Assembly: GCA_963813025.1 (NCBI GenBank)
Contig: CAWEXO010000002.1
Coordinates: 1-64,000 of the forward strand
Origin: an uncultured Verrucomicrobiae bacterium
GTDB lineage: Bacteria; Verrucomicrobiota; Verrucomicrobiia; Chthoniobacterales; JAFAMB01
DNA: 64,000 nucleotides
Direction of reading: 5' to 3'
Shown piece after piece: positions 60,094 through 64,000 of this stretch. The translations under genes were made by a program, and so were the position numbers. Position 1 is the first letter of the stretch; every line of letters starts with the position of its first letter. The notes under the pieces are model-generated. The model saw only the letters and a list, made by a program, of their open reading frames with translations, ran no database searches and was not told where the DNA came from.

Positions 60094-61188
60094 ATGAAGC
60101 GTTTGCATCTAGTATTGACAGCTGGCTTCGCGGTATTGGGAGCCACGAATTTGACGGCCACCACCGCGCACGCCGCAGATGCCGGCAAAGGCAAAGTTGT
60201 CGGATATTACATGGATGCCGCCGATGACTACTACAAAGCGGCATTTCAGGTATTCAAAACGCTCGGTAACAAAGCCGGTTGGCAGGTTTTGGATGTCGTT
60301 GGACAAGGAACTGCTCCGGAACAGGTTGCCGCGGTTGAAAACTTCATTACCCAGAAAGTCGACGCAATCGTTGTCGTTCAGAATTCACCACAGACAACGT
60401 CCGAATGTCTGAAGAAGACTCATGCCGCCGGGATCCCGGAATTTCACACATCTCATAAACCGCCGATTGAACCGGGACTGGCCGGCTTTACCACATTCGA
60501 CTTTGTCGCAGACGGCGAACTCGCCGGACAATCGGCAGCAAAACATGGGGTTAAAAGGGTGATCATGATTGAAGGCAAACTCGGTCAAGGCAGCGCGGCC
60601 GGTCAGACCCAGGGTTTTCTGCAAGGATACAAAAAGGCCGGCAAAGATATCGGCAACCTTCTCGATAGCGTCGGCGTCAGAGGCGCCGGCGGCAAAGATC
60701 TGCAAGTCGTCTTCTGGGGATCCGGCAATTGGTTCGCGGATCCAGCGAAAAAAGTGATGGAAGATGCCATCACAAGCCTCGGACCAGATGGCTTTGACGG
60801 CGCCTACGTGCAGAACGATGAAATGATGACCGGCGCATTGCAGGCCATGGAAGAAGCAGGGCTCGACTCGAGCAAATACTGGCTCGGGTCCAGTAATGGC
60901 AAAGAAAAGTCCTGGGACTGGGTAGAAAAAGGCAAAACCACGATGGACGTCAACCAATGCCCTACCCTCGAAGCGGATATCCTGTTCCAGCAAGTGAGCG
61001 CCTACTTCGACAAAAAGCCCTATAAGAAAGGGGTCTTCGTAAACTTTACCGCGTTTGAGAAAGACACGCTCGACAAGAACAAGATGATCCCCTGGATCCT
61101 CAACGATTACATGCAGAAACGCGCAGCGAACGCATTCAACCACGATATTAACGATCCCGCCTTCCGGGCGGATCCGGAATTTCAATAG
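60094..61188 (+). CDS. Sugar ABC substrate-binding protein 1
   Basis: RBS gaggag, signal peptide, ENFITQKVDAIVV, QNDEM. Confidence 0.88.
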   Translation: MKRLHLVLTAGFAVLGATNLTATTAHAADAGKGKVVGYYMDAADDYYKAAFQVFKTLGNKAGWQVLDVVGQGTAPEQVAAVENFITQKVDAIVVVQNSPQTTSECLKKTHAAGIPEFHTSHKPPIEPGLAGFTTFDFVADGELAGQSAAKHGVKRVIMIEGKLGQGSAAGQTQGFLQGYKKAGKDIGNLLDSVGVRGAGGKDLQVVFWGSGNWFADPAKKVMEDAITSLGPDGFDGAYVQNDEMMTGALQAMEEAGLDSSKYWLGSSNGKEKSWDWVEKGKTTMDVNQCPTLEADILFQQVSAYFDKKPYKKGVFVNFTAFEKDTLDKNKMIPWILNDYMQKRAANAFNHDINDPAFRADPEFQ

Positions 61189-61241
61189 GAGTTATAAAGA
61201 AAGACAAAAAAGTTGCCCTCAAACGGCTAAAGATAAAGCAG

Positions 61242-62330
61242 ATGAAACGTTTGGTATTATTGTTAACAGGTTTGGTTTTTCTGGGAACCGTGAGCTTCCC
61301 AGGCGGGAGCACGCAAGCCGCGACCGGGAGTAAAAAGGTCATCGGCTATTACATGGACGCGTCGGATGACTACTACAAGGCAGGCTTCCAGGTATTCAAG
61401 GCGCTTGCCACGAACGCGGGCTGGGACGTGCTGGATGTTGTGGGACAGGGTACCGCTCCCGAGCAGATCGCGGCTGTCGAAAACTTTATCACCCAGAAGG
61501 TCGACGCAATCGTGGTCGTGCAGAACTCGCCGGCGACCAGCTCCGAGTGCTTGAAAAGGGCTCACGCCGCGGGCATCCCCGTCTTTCACCTCACGCATAA
61601 TCCGCCCAACGAGCCGGGCTTGGCCGGCTTTGCCGGATTTGACTGGGTCTACGACGGAGAGCTTGCCGCCCAATCGGCCATGAAACACAACGTCAAGAAA
61701 CTGATCATGATCGAAGGAAAGCTCGGTCAGGGCACTGCGGCCGGTCAAACCCAAGGCTTCCTTCTGGGCTACAAGAAGGCCGGTAAGGATATCGGTAATC
61801 TTCTTGATAGTGTCGGGGTAAGAGGCGCCGGCGGCAAGGATCTGCAGGTGGTCTTCTGGGGTTCCGGCGGTTGGTTCGCGGATCCAGCCAAAAAGGTCAT
61901 GCAGGACGCGATCACCTCATTAGGCCCAGACGGCTTTGATGGTGCCTACGTCCAGAATGATGAAATGATGACCGGCGCTCTTCAGGCCATGCAGGAAGCC
62001 GGTCTCGATCCGAGCAAATACTGGCTTGGGTCAAGCAACGGTAAGGAGAAATCCTGGGATTGGGTGGCCAAAGGGTTGACAACTATGGACGTTAATCAAT
62101 GCCCAACCCTCGAGGCCGATATTTGCTTTCAACAGATCACCGCCTATTTCGCCGGAAAGCCTTACAAAAAGGCCGTCTTCGTAAACTTCGTTCCGTTTGA
62201 GAAAGATACGCTCAACAAGACTGCAATGATTCCCTGGATCCAGGCGGATTACATGAAAAAGCGGGCCGCCAATGCTTTTAAGTACGACATCAACGATCCC
62301 GTGTTTCGGGCCAATCCAGCCTACCAGTAA
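61242..62330 (+). CDS. Sugar ABC substrate-binding protein 2 (tandem paralogue of 1)
   Basis: Long stretches identical to the 60094 protein. Confidence 0.88.
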   Translation: MKRLVLLLTGLVFLGTVSFPGGSTQAATGSKKVIGYYMDASDDYYKAGFQVFKALATNAGWDVLDVVGQGTAPEQIAAVENFITQKVDAIVVVQNSPATSSECLKRAHAAGIPVFHLTHNPPNEPGLAGFAGFDWVYDGELAAQSAMKHNVKKLIMIEGKLGQGTAAGQTQGFLLGYKKAGKDIGNLLDSVGVRGAGGKDLQVVFWGSGGWFADPAKKVMQDAITSLGPDGFDGAYVQNDEMMTGALQAMQEAGLDPSKYWLGSSNGKEKSWDWVAKGLTTMDVNQCPTLEADICFQQITAYFAGKPYKKAVFVNFVPFEKDTLNKTAMIPWIQADYMKKRAANAFKYDINDPVFRANPAYQ

Positions 62331-62501
62331 TTCTGTAAAACTTACGTCCCGGCACATACATCGACGAGTTGATCCGTTCGAGCCGCGAAAGTATTCCCAA
62401 CTTTCGCGGCGGCAACGAATCGTCGCTCGCTCTGTGCGCCCAGTTGCTTTTGATCAATTTAGAAAAGATTATGTCATCGATTGTTTTGGAGGTGTTCTAA
62501 C

Positions 62502-63518
62502 GTGAAAATAAGTTCCCCTTGTTACGTCCTGCTGTCTCTCGCGGCTGCTGCCCTTCCGCTCACCGGCTTGGCTGCTCAAAAAAATCTAACCTTCGGTTAT
62601 ATCACTCCTGGTCCGGACACCTGGTATAAAAGAGATGTCGATGGTTTTGTCCGGGCGGCCAATATGCTCGGCATAAAGACCATCGTTCTGAACTCAGACT
62701 ATGATGCGCAAAAAGAGGTTTCGAACATTGAGTCGCTGGTGACCCAAGGCGTCGACGGAATGGCCATTTTTTCTTTTAACCAGCAGGGCGCCATCACGGC
62801 CGCTAAGAAATGCCAGGACGCGCACATTCCCCTGGTGACCGTCGATAATTGTGGTCAGGCTCTGAAAAGCGGCACTGATATCGTCGCCGCGATCGATTTT
62901 GATTGGAAAGCAATGGGTAATAATTATGCCGAATACATCGCCCAAAATTACCCCGGCAAGAAGGTCGCTTTAATTACCGGGCTGCTCGAACACCTGCCCG
63001 TACAGCTGATTACCGGCGCCATGAAGCAGCGGATGAAAGAACTTGGGAAGAATGAAATCGTCGCGGTTCGAGATGGCAAATATAACCCGTCTGTGGCGGT
63101 CAGTCAGGCCCAAGACCTGATCCAATCCGGCGTAAAGTTCGATATCCTCTGGATTATGAACGAGGATATGGCCGCCGCGGTCATTCGCTACCTGAAGAAC
63201 CAAGGCATGTTGGACCAGTATATTGTCATGGCTCAGAACGGATCGCCGGTGGGTATTCCGCTCGTCCAGGACGGTGAGCTCAACTACACCATCAGCAGTT
63301 CACCCGGTTGGGAGGGCATGGTGGCCTTACTGGCTCTTTACCAGCATGTGTCCGGTAATTCGAAAACTACCGGTCAACAAATCATGTTGCCGGTCATCCC
63401 CGTAACCAAAGGAACGATCCTCGACAAAAAACAGGTGGTTCCCTGGGAATATGACCCGGTCTGGATCGAATTAACCAAGCAATACTTCCCTAAACTGGGT
63501 GCTCACTTACCTGGGTAG
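62502..63518 (+). CDS. Sugar ABC substrate-binding protein 3
   Basis: RBS ggaggt, GTG start, signal peptide, LVTQGVDG, IPLVTVD, NEDMA. Confidence 0.85.
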   Translation: MKISSPCYVLLSLAAAALPLTGLAAQKNLTFGYITPGPDTWYKRDVDGFVRAANMLGIKTIVLNSDYDAQKEVSNIESLVTQGVDGMAIFSFNQQGAITAAKKCQDAHIPLVTVDNCGQALKSGTDIVAAIDFDWKAMGNNYAEYIAQNYPGKKVALITGLLEHLPVQLITGAMKQRMKELGKNEIVAVRDGKYNPSVAVSQAQDLIQSGVKFDILWIMNEDMAAAVIRYLKNQGMLDQYIVMAQNGSPVGIPLVQDGELNYTISSSPGWEGMVALLALYQHVSGNSKTTGQQIMLPVIPVTKGTILDKKQVVPWEYDPVWIELTKQYFPKLGAHLPG

Positions 63519-63708
63519 TCTGACTGGAACAGAAAGACATTCGTTGAAAGAGGTCTACAGCAACAACCGTCATCTTCGAACTGCCGCGAATCATTTCGGA
63601 CTCAGGGCATTGGATATTTTGTCCTGAGTTCAATCTGTATCGAGCCACGCCTCTCTGGAAGCGCTATGATCGCGTTTGTTCGGACCAGGAACTGTTGAGT
63701 TCCCTGGC

Positions 63709-63735
63709 AAAAAGCGCCCAGCCATGCCGGCGCTT
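63709..63735 (-). terminator. Possible intrinsic terminator downstream of rpsT
   Basis: Stem aagcgcc / ggcgctt with an adjacent A-run (T-run on the minus strand). Confidence 0.45.
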
Positions 63736-63750
63736 GAAGCTTTTTTTGAC

Positions 63751-64000
63751 TTAGTCTTCGGTCGGCGACTCGGCCGCAGCCGCCGGCTGAGCCGCAGAAC
63801 TCGTCGTGGCAATCAGACGGGCCGCCCGGCTCTTTCGCCGGCTGGCCAGATTTCCGTGTACTACCCCGCGCTTCGCTGCCTTGTCCAGGCGTGAGGCAAG
63901 CAGGTCGTATTCAGTGATCGCCTTTTCCTTATTCCCGGCAGCCACCGCAGCTCGCAACTTCTTCTGTTGGGAACGAATGCCCGTTCGCACGCTTTTATTG
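63751..64000 (-). CDS. rpsT: 30S ribosomal protein S20 (5' end beyond the window)
   Basis: RLDKAAKRGVVHGNLASRRKSR. Confidence 0.93.
   Translation of the reverse strand, partial: NKSVRTGIRSQQKKLRAAVAAGNKEKAITEYDLLASRLDKAAKRGVVHGNLASRRKSRAARLIATTSSAAQPAAAAESPTED

Noticed and set aside
60385..61185. Long antisense ORFs (also 36642-37421, 11605-12300, 17741-18445, 52810-53463)
   Set aside because: Shadow ORFs opposite well-supported genes, expected in GC-rich DNA

Overview
A GC-rich bacterial chromosome segment. Gene content and style suggest a soil Verrucomicrobium (Chthoniobacterales-like), which is inference only. The left ~14 kb is mostly housekeeping: TIGR03118 protein, pcm, a phosphoribosyltransferase, a stand-alone IcmF-like B12/GTPase protein, lemA-TPM-TPM, rpsU, ccsA/hemX-hemA-hemC-cobA/hemD and apt. 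From ~14 to ~57 kb is a partly decaying accessory region. It holds four universal-stress-protein genes or fragments, a frameshifted Pat acetyltransferase, a rhamnose-type ABC system with a fused ATPase-permease, an internally deleted pfkA, two PocR-AraC regulators, three Lpd-like flavoprotein paralogues (one lacking catalytic residues), a collapsed molybdopterin-oxidoreductase/4Fe-4S/Rieske operon, pckA and a divergent P-II. It also has a MITE, an IS1380 and an IS630 stacked end to end at shared CTAG sites, plus a family of nested REPIN-like palindromes. The strongest candidate for an undescribed system is at 50.0-56.4 kb: monoheme cytochrome c, beta-barrel porin, monoheme cytochrome c, Rieske protein, b6-type cytochrome b, cytochrome c and a dedicated CcsA, i.e. 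a possible outer-membrane-to-quinone electron conduit. The window ends with osmC, a sugar ABC operon with three binding proteins, and partial rpsT. No rRNA, tRNA or CRISPR array was found.
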